64,000 nucleotides of DNA, taken from a virus (lineage: Duplodnaviria > Caudoviricetes). Below, piece by piece: positions 36,747 to 46,165 of this stretch; position 1 is the first letter of the stretch; each line of letters opens with the position of its first letter. The stretch covers positions 1-64,000 of IMG/VR virus record IMGVR_UViG_2609460236_000001. The stretch is one strand, 5' to 3'. Made by a program: the position numbers and the translations under genes. The notes beneath the pieces are model-generated. The model saw only the letters and a program-made list of their open reading frames with translations, was not told where the DNA came from and did not search any database.

Positions 36747-36942
36747 GGTGGTGGGTTCTCTTCAGGGAATGCAGGCCGATCTATGTCAGCTCGCGAACAC
36801 GGTCAAGATCGGTCGAATATCCTGCTCGCTGTCTTCACGCGACTTGAACAGTTCGTCGATTGCGTCAAACAGCTGGGGGGCTTCGGAATAGATAGCGTTC
36901 ATGGTCTTCGTCGTTTCTTCTTGTTGGTTCTCAGGCGATGGT

Positions 36943-37350
36943 TCAAGTTGAACCTATCGGGTATGGGTCGACTTCCTGAAACAGCGCGTGGTGAAACACA
37001 TCGTGCAGGTAGGCCTTGATGCTGTTCCGGTTACGGCCAGTGATCCGGATAACAGCCCCCGTGTCGAGCGATGGCGTGACGATCACGTGGTGTTCCGACC
37101 ATCCGTCGTACATCCCGTGTCGGTTCATGTGGTGAAAATCAGCTTGAAATACCAGCTTGTTGCTCTTGCATTCGTCTTCGAGCAGTTGCGTGCCCGAGTC
37201 AAGGCCCGAGCCTGAAGGAAGCATGTCGAGCAGCTTTCCGAGACGTACTTTGTGGGTTGGAAGGACAGGGCTGCGCGCGGACTTGCAGCGCTCGATAGTC
37301 GCGAGCGTGGACGCAATCGCGGCATAAAGCGGCGTGGTGGTGGTGATCAT
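36943..37350 (-). CDS. Hypothetical phage protein
   Basis: LPSGSGLDSG...FHHMN..GMYDGW.EH.V.VTPSL; ends IGST* inside a palindrome. Confidence 0.75.
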   Translation of the reverse strand: MITTTTPLYAAIASTLATIERCKSARSPVLPTHKVRLGKLLDMLPSGSGLDSGTQLLEDECKSNKLVFQADFHHMNRHGMYDGWSEHHVIVTPSLDTGAVIRITGRNRNSIKAYLHDVFHHALFQEVDPYPIGST

Positions 37351-37474
37351 GATTCCTATCGGAATGGTTTTGTCAGAGGCTCTATATGCCGCTGGCGTTG
37401 TTTTTGGCTAGGTGGGTATACGGGAGATCCCGCAAGGCCCGCCCGGACCTGGGAAAACGGTCTGGCCCGCAGAT

Positions 37475-37846
37475 TCAGCCGAAGAAGTTCGTCCACACCC
37501 CGATCACGGCCAGTATCATGGTCGCGAGGACGCACAGTCTGCCGATGATGCGATCGGCGGAATCGGCGGTAGCCAGCTCGCGAGCGGTGAGTTCCACCCG
37601 TACGTTCCAGCCGCGGATGTTTCGAGTCGTCGAGACCGTGGTCGTCCGCACATAGGCTCGGGCATCGTGAATGGAGCGCGGGGCACGAGCTGGAGCGAGG
37701 GCGACGAGCGCGCGGCCGGCTACTGGAGCACGAGCTGGAGCTAGAGCACGAGCTGGAGCGGTAGCGAGCAGCGCGTTGCTATGCGCGGTCTCGATTACTT
37801 GCTGCGAGGGGGACAAGCATATCCGGTTTACAGGTGTAATTTTCAT
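37475..37846 (-). CDS. Hypothetical membrane-anchored protein with APARA repeats
   Basis: C-terminal hydrophobic helix; GCACGAGCTGGAGC three times. Confidence 0.45.
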   Translation of the reverse strand: MKITPVNRICLSPSQQVIETAHSNALLATAPARALAPARAPVAGRALVALAPARAPRSIHDARAYVRTTTVSTTRNIRGWNVRVELTARELATADSADRIIGRLCVLATMILAVIGVWTNFFG

Positions 37847-37953
37847 TGTCGTTAGTATTTATCGTATAAATGCGACAGAAATCCAGCGGCGGACGCGTGG
37901 GGACGATTTACTGACATGGGTGCGGATTCAATTCGTTCTTTATATAAAGCTAG

Positions 37954-38307
37954 AACTATCAGATAGATGCGATTTCGCAATGAAGTCGAATTCCAGTCGT
38001 CTCCAAGACATGAGCTTGTTCTCTTCCCTCTTCTTCTTTGGAACGGGAAGGGAAAGAGAAAAAGAAGAGAAATTAGATAGCTAAGTCTTTGATTACAGAC
38101 GACAAACCAATGAAACTATCAGATAGTTGACGCTGCGCTCTGCAACCCTCCTGGCCATTGACCGGAGCTGGAGCCGTAGGGGGCCTGGCAGCGGACTAGG
38201 GACAAGGAAAATTATGTTGCATAAAAACAACACAGTTTCAGGTGCCGGGTTACGCTCCGCACATTCGCTACCGCTCCCGCAAAATCTCCCAGTCCAACTA
38301 TCAGATA
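37954..38307. repeat. Three AACTATCAGATA(GTT) palindromic repeats in an AT-rich non-coding region
   Basis: Copies at 37954-37966, 38114-38128, 38296-38307. Confidence 0.8.
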
Positions 38308-38459
38308 TATGTGCGCGTTTCGCGTGACGCGGAATACCGTGCGATTAACCATTTCGGTTCAAGTTGAACGTTTGCACTCGCTTAATTTCCCACTTATCGA
38401 GTGCTCCCCATGCCAATAGCGACACAATCGCCAATCCCGCTACCACTCCCGCGACCATG

Positions 38460-38840
38460 TCAGCGCCCTCCGCGTAGCGCGCGCAACGTTGCTCCGTCGC
38501 GGACGGTCGCACCCCACGCCTCGACCAGCCGGCCGAGATCGCATCGGACCTCCTGAACCTGCACTTCACGCCTGTATCGCGCCTCTGCGGCCCGCTGCCG
38601 CTTCCGCGTCATGGGTCGCGCTACCACTTCTGCCGCAGGAGCGGTAGCGGCTTCACGGGCGAACTCGGGCCACTCCTCTTCCGGGAGGTTGGCGCGGATC
38701 ATCGCAATGCACGCCAGCCGCTCTGCGCGCTCGCCGTGCTGCTGATCGAACCAGAACGCGCGCTGATACTGGCGCTGCGCGTCAAGGCCGCTGGAAATCG
38801 CTTTCGAATAGTTGCTGATCGTCGGATCAAGGTAGCGCAT
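38460..38840 (-). CDS. Hypothetical protein
   Basis: 126 aa, GGAG RBS, palindromic site just upstream. Confidence 0.6.
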   Translation of the reverse strand: MRYLDPTISNYSKAISSGLDAQRQYQRAFWFDQQHGERAERLACIAMIRANLPEEEWPEFAREAATAPAAEVVARPMTRKRQRAAEARYRREVQVQEVRCDLGRLVEAWGATVRDGATLRALRGGR

Positions 38841-39000
38841 TGGAATTCTCCGGATGGTTCAACTTGCACTTTTCATCCAGTTTCTGGATCAAGCCGCCTA
38901 CTGGGCGCTACTACGCCTGCCGTAGAGGCATGACCGGATTCGTGGATGTGGAGCTGCCCCAGCGACGGGCGCATGAGCGGTAGCGCCGGCCCCTATAGGG

Positions 39001-39043
39001 AGAAGAAAAAGGAACGACTCACGCCACCACGCGCGAGTCGTTC
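39001..39043 (-). terminator. Rho-independent terminator with a GUGGUG loop
   Basis: GAACGACTCGCGC-GTGGTG-GCGTGAGTCGTTC then CTTTTTCTTCT on the minus strand. Confidence 0.75.
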
Positions 39044-39078
39044 AAACCCGCCCAGTCTGGCAACTAGGCGGGATTGAC

Positions 39079-39837
39079 TTATGCCGCTACCGTCTCGGTG
39101 TCAGCGACTGCGATATCCAAGGCTGCTGCTGCCTGAACGTCAGCGAGGATCGTTTGCGCAAAGAACTGCCGATCCGCATCGGACATGCCAGCCATAACCG
39201 CACGCACGGATTCGGCGAAACGTGCCGCGTTTTCGCGTGACACGTCCGCAACGCTGCGGTTATCGGCTTCTTTCACCTCTGCGGCCGTCGCTTGTGCAGG
39301 CTGTGCATCGCTCGCGGGCGCTTCAGTCGTGCCGCTCGTCACTTCAGACGGAGTTTTTGCGGTTGCGCCTTTCGGTTCGCGATTACCCGCCGCTTTCGCG
39401 AAACCAAACGCGGCAAACAACGCGTCTTGCGACGTGCAACCCATGCCGAGCAGCCAAGCGCGCACGATACCGGCCGCATCTTCATCTTTCTCAGCATTCG
39501 CAATTTCAGTCACAGGCGCACCCTTATCAGCCGCTTGTTTCGCAATGCCAACCGACTTTTCAGCGTAGCGCTTCGCGGTCGGAAACGCGGCACGCGTTGC
39601 GCTTACGCGATCGGCCGCGCCCATCTCCACCCACTTTTTACCGGCGCGTTGCTCGGCGATTTGCTCGCTCAAAACGTCAATCAAGCGGGCCGCATAGCCG
39701 CGCGCCCCGTGATTGTCGTCCCGAAGGCAGAGCGCGACGATTGCCGAGTAAGCGCGCGTGATTGCGCTGCGCTCCGTGCCGATGATTTCTTTAGCGGCAT
39801 AGGTTGCCGCGCCCGTTGCGATTTGAAAGTCAGCCAT
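39079..39837 (-). CDS. Ala-rich hypothetical protein, first gene of the leftward accessory block
   Basis: 252 aa, AGGGG RBS, two palindromic sites upstream. Confidence 0.75.
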   Translation of the reverse strand: MADFQIATGAATYAAKEIIGTERSAITRAYSAIVALCLRDDNHGARGYAARLIDVLSEQIAEQRAGKKWVEMGAADRVSATRAAFPTAKRYAEKSVGIAKQAADKGAPVTEIANAEKDEDAAGIVRAWLLGMGCTSQDALFAAFGFAKAAGNREPKGATAKTPSEVTSGTTEAPASDAQPAQATAAEVKEADNRSVADVSRENAARFAESVRAVMAGMSDADRQFFAQTILADVQAAAALDIAVADTETVAA

Positions 39838-40306
39838 GTTAGTACCCCTAAACGTAGGTTGCGAATGGCGCGGGATTGCGCCGTTTGCTTTGGTTCAACT
39901 TGCACCTTTCATCTACTGCGCTGCGAAAGGTTCAACGTTGCACCTTTGGGAGTGCCCCGTGCGCAAGGCGCACGAAGCCCCGCCGCAGCGCGTAGGGCTT
40001 GTGTACCTTGGCGCTGCGTCACTGCATCTACCACGGTTATAAGGATACCAAGGTTTTATTGAAGGGTGTTGCGCTGCAGTTTCGACTATGGTAGGGGCAT
40101 TGATTTTCAGTTTTTCGATTTTAGAACCATAGTATGCTTTATACTTAACACGCTACCGCCCCTGCCCGAACTGCCGGAAAGCGCCACTGCGATCGAAACA
40201 TTCGGTAACAACATTTCGGGGCCAGAAGTTGACGGCACAGGCCAGTTGGACTCCGAATGGTCCAAGGCCCTGCTCGCGGATCAGGGCACGAACACATGAC
40301 GACGGG

Positions 40307-40882
40307 ATGACGATGGAGAAAGAGAAACTAAAGCGCCAGGACTTTACGGTTGAAATGGCCCGCGAGCACTTTGGTTACGACCCAGTAGCAGGTCGCGCTA
40401 TTCGTCTGACTAATAGCGCCAGGGGACCGCGCTCGGCTGGAAAAGTAGCAAGTTGCCCACACAAACCGTCAGGCTTCAGACAGATTGTTTTCAAAACCAT
40501 TTCGATATATGAACACCACATGGTGTGGGCACTTGTCTATGGGTATTGGCCCACCGGCTCGATTCGCCATCGCGACGATGACAAACAAAACAACCGGATC
40601 GAGAACCTGTTTGACCCCTCTCAAGTTGTAACCGTAAGTAACTTTGCAGATACGAAAGACGCTTTCCCTGGGGTCATCGTCACTAACTCCGGAAACTACA
40701 GGGCGACCATTTATCGAGATAAGGCAATCCATCTCGGCACGTTCTCAAGCCCTGAAGAAGCGCACGAGATGTACCTTGCAGCTAAAGTCGTTCTTCATAG
40801 TCCGCTTAACAGAGGAGTAAGTACCGATGAACTGTTAAAACCTCTTTTGATAAGCCGAAAGGGACTTGCCAAGGTAGGTTGA
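40307..40882 (+). CDS. HNH endonuclease with AP2 DNA-binding domain
   Basis: EHHMVW.L.YG.WP...IRH.D.DKQNNRIENL; GV...YRATI...HLGTF.SPEEA...Y..AK; lower GC. Confidence 0.85.
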   Translation: MTMEKEKLKRQDFTVEMAREHFGYDPVAGRAIRLTNSARGPRSAGKVASCPHKPSGFRQIVFKTISIYEHHMVWALVYGYWPTGSIRHRDDDKQNNRIENLFDPSQVVTVSNFADTKDAFPGVIVTNSGNYRATIYRDKAIHLGTFSSPEEAHEMYLAAKVVLHSPLNRGVSTDELLKPLLISRKGLAKVG

Positions 40883-41027
40883 GACAGGTAAAGTTAACAG
40901 AGTGCTTGATGATCTGTGGTGGTGAGTCAAGCATGACGAGTTGAGAGACTTGTCTCAGACAGTTGAGGTGGCCAGCCTCTCTGTCAGCCCTCTTCAGGGG
41001 CATGTTTTGATCAATGTTAGCTGTTAG

Positions 41028-41066
41028 ATCGCCCCGAGGATTAGCTACCCTCGGGGCGATTTTTTT
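41028..41066 (+). terminator. Terminator hairpin between the convergent HNH and primase genes
   Basis: ATCGCCCCGAGG / CCTCGGGGCGAT plus T7. Confidence 0.8.
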
Positions 41067-41114
41067 CGTGCTCGCGTTTCTAATAGTTCTCTTCGCGGTT
41101 GTACATGCTCAACA

Positions 41115-43634
41115 TCAGGCGGCGATGGGCTTCGCGCCAGAATGGGCCGTCGATGAACTCTGCTGACCCGGCGCCCCCACAAGTGTGAGGTTTTCGTAGA
41201 GTACGTCCTGTCCCCCCAGGTCCGTGGGCGTGATCGAAAGCTTGAATCCGAACTCGGTAGCTAATTCCCGCATCTTGGCCCTGAACTGCGTCGATCCAAC
41301 AGGCTTGGCAGACCCCGGCCCGACGCAGAAGGACCAATATGTCTGATAAAGCCTCGTTTCCTGCACTGATGTGTGGGCTGAACTCTTCGACCCAGCGGAT
41401 TCCTGCTGCTGGAGAGCGTTGATCCGCACCTTCCCGCTCTCCGTGAGAAAAAAACGTACTGAGTTGTTAAGGTTCGCTACTTCACGAATGACCTGATTGT
41501 GTGAGTCAGGCAGGGTGAACTCGTTGTGCTCCTTCAACCGCCCCATCGACTGCACCGCCCACGCGACGATCGCTTCACGCTCCTCGACCACAATCACATC
41601 CCCGAGATCCAGGCGACGCTCAGAAGCCTTCACGGGCCGGTTGAACTGAAGCACGAGCCAGCGACGGTTAAAGCCCTCCGACGTGTCCTCTGTACGCGGA
41701 TAGTGGTTAGACGCGAACCAGTGGGTACAGATAGGCCGAAATCGGAAGATCTGCCCTCCCTTTAGCTGCCCAGACATCTCCGCGCCGTCGATAATGTCCT
41801 TGAAGCGCTGGCCATCGACCAGCTTCTTCTCGCTCAGTTCGCCCGCGACATTGATAATCTTCTCGAACATCTGTGTCGGTAGGAACTTGTCCGACCATTC
41901 GTTCGGCGGCACCGCAGCACGTGCGTTATCGGGAACAAGCGACTGCGCGATCTTCAGTAACTGGCTCTTGCCGGACTTCGGCGCACCTTGAAGCAGCACG
42001 GCGCGCTGGAAACGCGGGCCGAGACCGAACAACGTAACGGCCAGCGCCTCTTGAATGGCGTCAAGCTTCTGCTGGTAGTCCTCGTCCTCGCCCCAGCTCT
42101 TCTTCAGAAACTCGAAGAACATTGGGCAGTTGCCCGAGATCTCGGGCAGGTAACGAAACGGCAACGTGTAAATCATGCCGTAGCCGGGGTCGTGATTCAG
42201 CAGCTTCAGGTCTTCCGTGAGGAAACCGTTCGCGAAGTTCACGCCACGCACGTCGAGCGTACGGATACCCTGCGGCAAGATGGTCTTCATCAGGTTGTGA
42301 ATGCCGCGGATGTCGTTGAACTTCTTGCATGCGGTCAGATGGCCATAATCGGCCGAGATCTTTGACAGCACGTAGTTGTCGTCGAGCTTTTCCCAGTGCG
42401 AACCGGCCCACTTCCAGAGGAAGCCGTTGTGCGCCCGCACGGGGAACATCTGTTCGAGGTCCTTGATGACTGCGCGTGCCACTTCCGACTGGTCTTGACC
42501 CTTGATCTCACCCATGCGCAGCTCTTTGATGCGCGCCTTGAGCGAGGAAAGCTTCAGACCCATGCCTCCTGACGTCGAAATGAAGTCGAGGATGCGGTCC
42601 TCTTCGAGCTTATTGAGGCTCGACGTCGTGGCCACCTTGTGCAACGCCTTGTCGATCGACTGGCTGCGCTGCGGCGAATCCTTCGGAAAACGCTCGAATT
42701 CGTCCAGGAGGAACTGCTTGAGGTCGTCGAAACCCCACTCTTCCTGCTCCTTCGTGAATTCGAGGCTGTACGCCTGCTTCTCTTCATCGGTTAGACCATC
42801 GTCCCAGCCGCTTGGAAGCACCTTCTGCTTGTCGTAGACATCACGGTGCAGGAACTTGATCATGTTCTTGACGTGCTTGTCGACGTCGATCGGATCTCCG
42901 GCAACGTTCTCAACGAAATCGGCCGCATACGCCTGAAGCATGCCGATGGCTTCCTTCAACGAGCGGTCGCCACGCATAACTGCATACGCGAAGAGGCCTG
43001 CGCGCTCTGTCAGCGACGTGTCGCGTGAGCCGGCCGACGCAAAGTCGACCACGCGCGTCCATCCTGAGTGTGACAACTCGACGCCGGCTTCCTGCAACGC
43101 AGCGCGCAACATCGACTCGATCTGCTGGTCGAGCGCAGGCAGCATATGGACGACCTCGACCAGTTCGCAGTTCGCCTCGTACGGGCGCTTCGTATCCGGA
43201 TGGATCGACGGAGGCAGCACGGACTGCGTGCGAGCCGACAGCATTTCGCAAATCGTCTCACCCGACGTGTTCTTGATACGGAACGTCTTCAGGCCTGTGT
43301 ACTTGAACGCGAGCATCATCCCCTTCTTGCCGATACGGCACCACGGCGATGTCGGCAGAAGGCTCTGGATGATCGACGTCAACCGCTGGTCGACCGTGTC
43401 GATGTCCATCATGACGATGCCAGACTGTGGGCCGAGCACGATACCGATGTTCGATGTCGGGCACTGCTCGATCCACGCCTGCTGTTGCTCAGGCTCCACT
43501 GGATGATCGAAGTAACGCGACCAGTCGTTTGGGATCGGCTTCTTCTCTTCGGGGTAAAGAGGGATGACGGGCAGGCCCTTCGCGTAGTACCTCGGTGCGG
43601 TCTGCGCGAAGATCGGTTGTCGTTCAGTTCTCAT
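41115..43634 (-). CDS. Bifunctional primase-polymerase fused to a D5/P4-like SF3 helicase
   Basis: VIPL.P..K.P, NIGIVLG, MDID, VLPPSIHP prim-pol motifs; NFANG, GAPKSGKS, FASNHYP, GFNRRW. Confidence 0.9.
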   Translation of the reverse strand: MRTERQPIFAQTAPRYYAKGLPVIPLYPEEKKPIPNDWSRYFDHPVEPEQQQAWIEQCPTSNIGIVLGPQSGIVMMDIDTVDQRLTSIIQSLLPTSPWCRIGKKGMMLAFKYTGLKTFRIKNTSGETICEMLSARTQSVLPPSIHPDTKRPYEANCELVEVVHMLPALDQQIESMLRAALQEAGVELSHSGWTRVVDFASAGSRDTSLTERAGLFAYAVMRGDRSLKEAIGMLQAYAADFVENVAGDPIDVDKHVKNMIKFLHRDVYDKQKVLPSGWDDGLTDEEKQAYSLEFTKEQEEWGFDDLKQFLLDEFERFPKDSPQRSQSIDKALHKVATTSSLNKLEEDRILDFISTSGGMGLKLSSLKARIKELRMGEIKGQDQSEVARAVIKDLEQMFPVRAHNGFLWKWAGSHWEKLDDNYVLSKISADYGHLTACKKFNDIRGIHNLMKTILPQGIRTLDVRGVNFANGFLTEDLKLLNHDPGYGMIYTLPFRYLPEISGNCPMFFEFLKKSWGEDEDYQQKLDAIQEALAVTLFGLGPRFQRAVLLQGAPKSGKSQLLKIAQSLVPDNARAAVPPNEWSDKFLPTQMFEKIINVAGELSEKKLVDGQRFKDIIDGAEMSGQLKGGQIFRFRPICTHWFASNHYPRTEDTSEGFNRRWLVLQFNRPVKASERRLDLGDVIVVEEREAIVAWAVQSMGRLKEHNEFTLPDSHNQVIREVANLNNSVRFFLTESGKVRINALQQQESAGSKSSAHTSVQETRLYQTYWSFCVGPGSAKPVGSTQFRAKMRELATEFGFKLSITPTDLGGQDVLYENLTLVGAPGQQSSSTAHSGAKPIAA

Positions 43635-44175
43635 TCGAAGACTCTTGTGTGGTGGTGGACGCAGCGTCATCGTCGGAGCGACGAGTGGTGACTACGCTGC
43701 GCAGGCGTTCCATGACCTCGGTGCGCTGATCCGGCGACATGCACTCTTCCATGATGCTCAGGACGGTGTCTTGGAAGTCGCGGATCTGCTTGATCCCCAA
43801 CGCGCGCTCACGAGCTGTCACCAGACGTTCGAGGAGGCTGGTCGCCGTGCGGAAGTACGCCATGCGCTCCGTCTGATCGGATTGAGGGATGGTCTTGCCG
43901 TAGTTCTTCAGGTCGGTGAAGACTCGATACAGGTCGATGTCGAGACTCGAATCGATCTGGTCCTCGGTGATCTCGAAATCCGCTATGTCGACCTTCTTTT
44001 GTTCAGGTTGAACCTGACGATGAATCAGGTTCGAGATCACTTTCTTGAAATCGACACCGTAGGGGCATGCTTCATCGGCGAGGTAGGCCGCGTTCTCCGT
44101 GGCCAAGGTAAGGATCATCTTGATCGACCACTCGACATGATCAGTAATGACCGGATAATGAAAGTCGTTGCTCAT
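43624..44175 (-). CDS. Helical hypothetical protein (possible terminase small subunit by position only)
   Basis: 183 aa, divergent from terL. Confidence 0.6.
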   Translation of the reverse strand: MSNDFHYPVITDHVEWSIKMILTLATENAAYLADEACPYGVDFKKVISNLIHRQVQPEQKKVDIADFEITEDQIDSSLDIDLYRVFTDLKNYGKTIPQSDQTERMAYFRTATSLLERLVTARERALGIKQIRDFQDTVLSIMEECMSPDQRTEVMERLRSVVTTRRSDDDAASTTTQESSNEN

Positions 44176-44380
44176 AGGGTTCTCGCTGAAGAGGAGTGCA
44201 AGGATACCGGCCTGCCTCTCCGCGAAGAATGGAAATCACGACGTCTATCTGCTAAATGCTCGCCTCTATCATCTGATACCCGCTCAAGGGACAACAACAG
44301 CTCAATTCATCAGATTTTCTTTGTGCTCCGATGACTGGCCGCGTAAGAATAACGCCTGCTTAGATGGCCGAATCATCTCC

Positions 44381-46165
44381 ATGCCAAACCAGTATCTCCA
44401 ACAGCTCTACGAACGCGCAGCGAACCGCTGGTCGAAAGACCGCGCGTCGATGACGTATGGCGACTGGATCTGCGAGAACACCACGCACAACGACAGAGCC
44501 TTCTCGTTCAAGCGTTACCCCTTCCAGAAGCAGATCGCGGACGACATGCACGACAACCTCGACTGCATCAAGCCGTCGCAGGTTGGTCTGACCGAAGTGC
44601 AGATCCGCAAGGTGCTCGCGTTCATAGCTCGCAACCGTGGCGTAAACGTCATCTACACGCTGCCCGACGAGACTATGATGGAGCGTATCTCGGTCGGCCG
44701 CGTTCGACCGCTCGTCGACGAGGAACACGCATTCAACCTTGAATCCCTCGGTGGCAAGAAGCCGACGCGCACTAAAGAAATCATTCAGGTCGGCAAGAGC
44801 TTCCTCTACCTCACCGCTGCCGGCGAAGGGGCCGCGACATCCATCTCCGCAGACATGGTCGTGAACGACGAAGTGGACTTGACCGACCAGTCGATGCTTG
44901 CCCTCTTCAACTCGCGACTTCAAGGCTCGGACTGGAAACTGAACCACCGATTTTCGACGCCGACCTTCCAGGACTACGGCATCGACCAGACATTCAAGGT
45001 CAGCGACCAGCACGAGTACATGCTCAAGTGTGCTTGCTGCAACCACTGGCAGGTGCCCGACTTCGAGCGCCCGTTCGTCCGAATCCCTGGCCTTCCTGAC
45101 AGTCTCGACTTCGAGGAAATCGACGAAGCGATGATCGACGCCGGCGCGATCGACCTCGACGCCGCCTCGATCCACTGCGAGCACTGCGGTGCGCCCCTGA
45201 ACCTTGGTAACCATGAGCGCCGTGCATGGGTGCCAAAGTACCCGCAACGCAAGCATGCGCGCGGCTACCGCGTGCGCGCCTTCTCTACCGAGCGCCTACC
45301 GCCCAAGTACATCCTGCGGCAGCTCTTCATCTACAAGCGCAAGGACTTCATCCGAGGCTGGTACAACACCGTGCTTGGGCGCTCCCACACCGGGGGCGAC
45401 CAACGCCTGAACGACGCGGATATCAACGCAGCCTTCACCGAGTTCCAGCTGGTCCGTCCGTCGAGCAACACGATGCCGGCGTGGCTCGGCATCGACATCG
45501 GCCAGACCTGCCACATCGTCGTCGGCGAGGGCTACGACGTGTCGTCGATCCACGTGGTCGAGTTCCTGACCGTGCCAGTCGGCCGCTTGCTGGAGGAGAT
45601 CGCACGCATCCTGACCGCGTATCGCCTCGTTGCCGGTGGCTGTGACCGTCACCCGTACACACCGACCGCCGAGGCGGTGCGTGACGTGTCACATCGCCGC
45701 GTCCTGCCGAACGAGTACCGTGGCTCCAAGGAAATCAATCTCGTCAAGGACCCTGCCGGCGAGATCACGCACATGCAGTCCAACCGGACGCTGCTCCTCG
45801 ACGAAGTGGCCCGAGCCATCCGGCTGCGCAAGATCAAGTTCTCCGGTTACGGGACGCACCGCTCGGCGATCGTTGAGCACCTGAAAGACATGGTTCGCAA
45901 TGAAGAACCAGAGAAAGAAGCGGAATGGAAGAAACTGAACGGCAACGATCACTTCTTCCATGCGTTGGGTTTCATGTTGTCTGCCGTGAAGCTGCACACC
46001 ACCAACGCATCCGCCCTTTTCAACACGGAAACGCGCAGCGTCATCCAGATCGTCGGCGCGACCGTGGGCATGAACGAGACCAGTCAACTCATGCTGGCCA
46101 ATACCAAACACACCACTGGCAACTTGATCTATGGCAACGACCACCACCCCCAACTCTTCTTCTAA
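44381..46165 (+). CDS. terL: Terminase large subunit (lambda GpA-like)
   Basis: KPSQVGLTE, VVNDEVD, STPT, CxxC/CxxC, GIDIG and NDHFFHA nuclease motifs. Confidence 0.88.
   Translation: MPNQYLQQLYERAANRWSKDRASMTYGDWICENTTHNDRAFSFKRYPFQKQIADDMHDNLDCIKPSQVGLTEVQIRKVLAFIARNRGVNVIYTLPDETMMERISVGRVRPLVDEEHAFNLESLGGKKPTRTKEIIQVGKSFLYLTAAGEGAATSISADMVVNDEVDLTDQSMLALFNSRLQGSDWKLNHRFSTPTFQDYGIDQTFKVSDQHEYMLKCACCNHWQVPDFERPFVRIPGLPDSLDFEEIDEAMIDAGAIDLDAASIHCEHCGAPLNLGNHERRAWVPKYPQRKHARGYRVRAFSTERLPPKYILRQLFIYKRKDFIRGWYNTVLGRSHTGGDQRLNDADINAAFTEFQLVRPSSNTMPAWLGIDIGQTCHIVVGEGYDVSSIHVVEFLTVPVGRLLEEIARILTAYRLVAGGCDRHPYTPTAEAVRDVSHRRVLPNEYRGSKEINLVKDPAGEITHMQSNRTLLLDEVARAIRLRKIKFSGYGTHRSAIVEHLKDMVRNEEPEKEAEWKKLNGNDHFFHALGFMLSAVKLHTTNASALFNTETRSVIQIVGATVGMNETSQLMLANTKHTTGNLIYGNDHHPQLFF

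Larger units (their letters stand above)
28145..44013. repeat. Dispersed palindrome family GTTCA-N3/4-TG(A/C)AC, 11 copies
   Basis: 28145, 31072, 32598, 34827, 35832, 36940, 38356, 38856, 39892, 39926, 44001. Confidence 0.85.

Noticed and set aside
37675-37770. GCACGAGCTGGAGC x3 as a regulatory array
   Set aside because: Explained by low-complexity APARA coding repeats, although that ORF is itself uncertain.
28145-44013. Dispersed palindromes as a CRISPR array
   Set aside because: Copies are 13-22 bp, mostly hundreds to thousands of bases apart and separated by genes; no cas genes.
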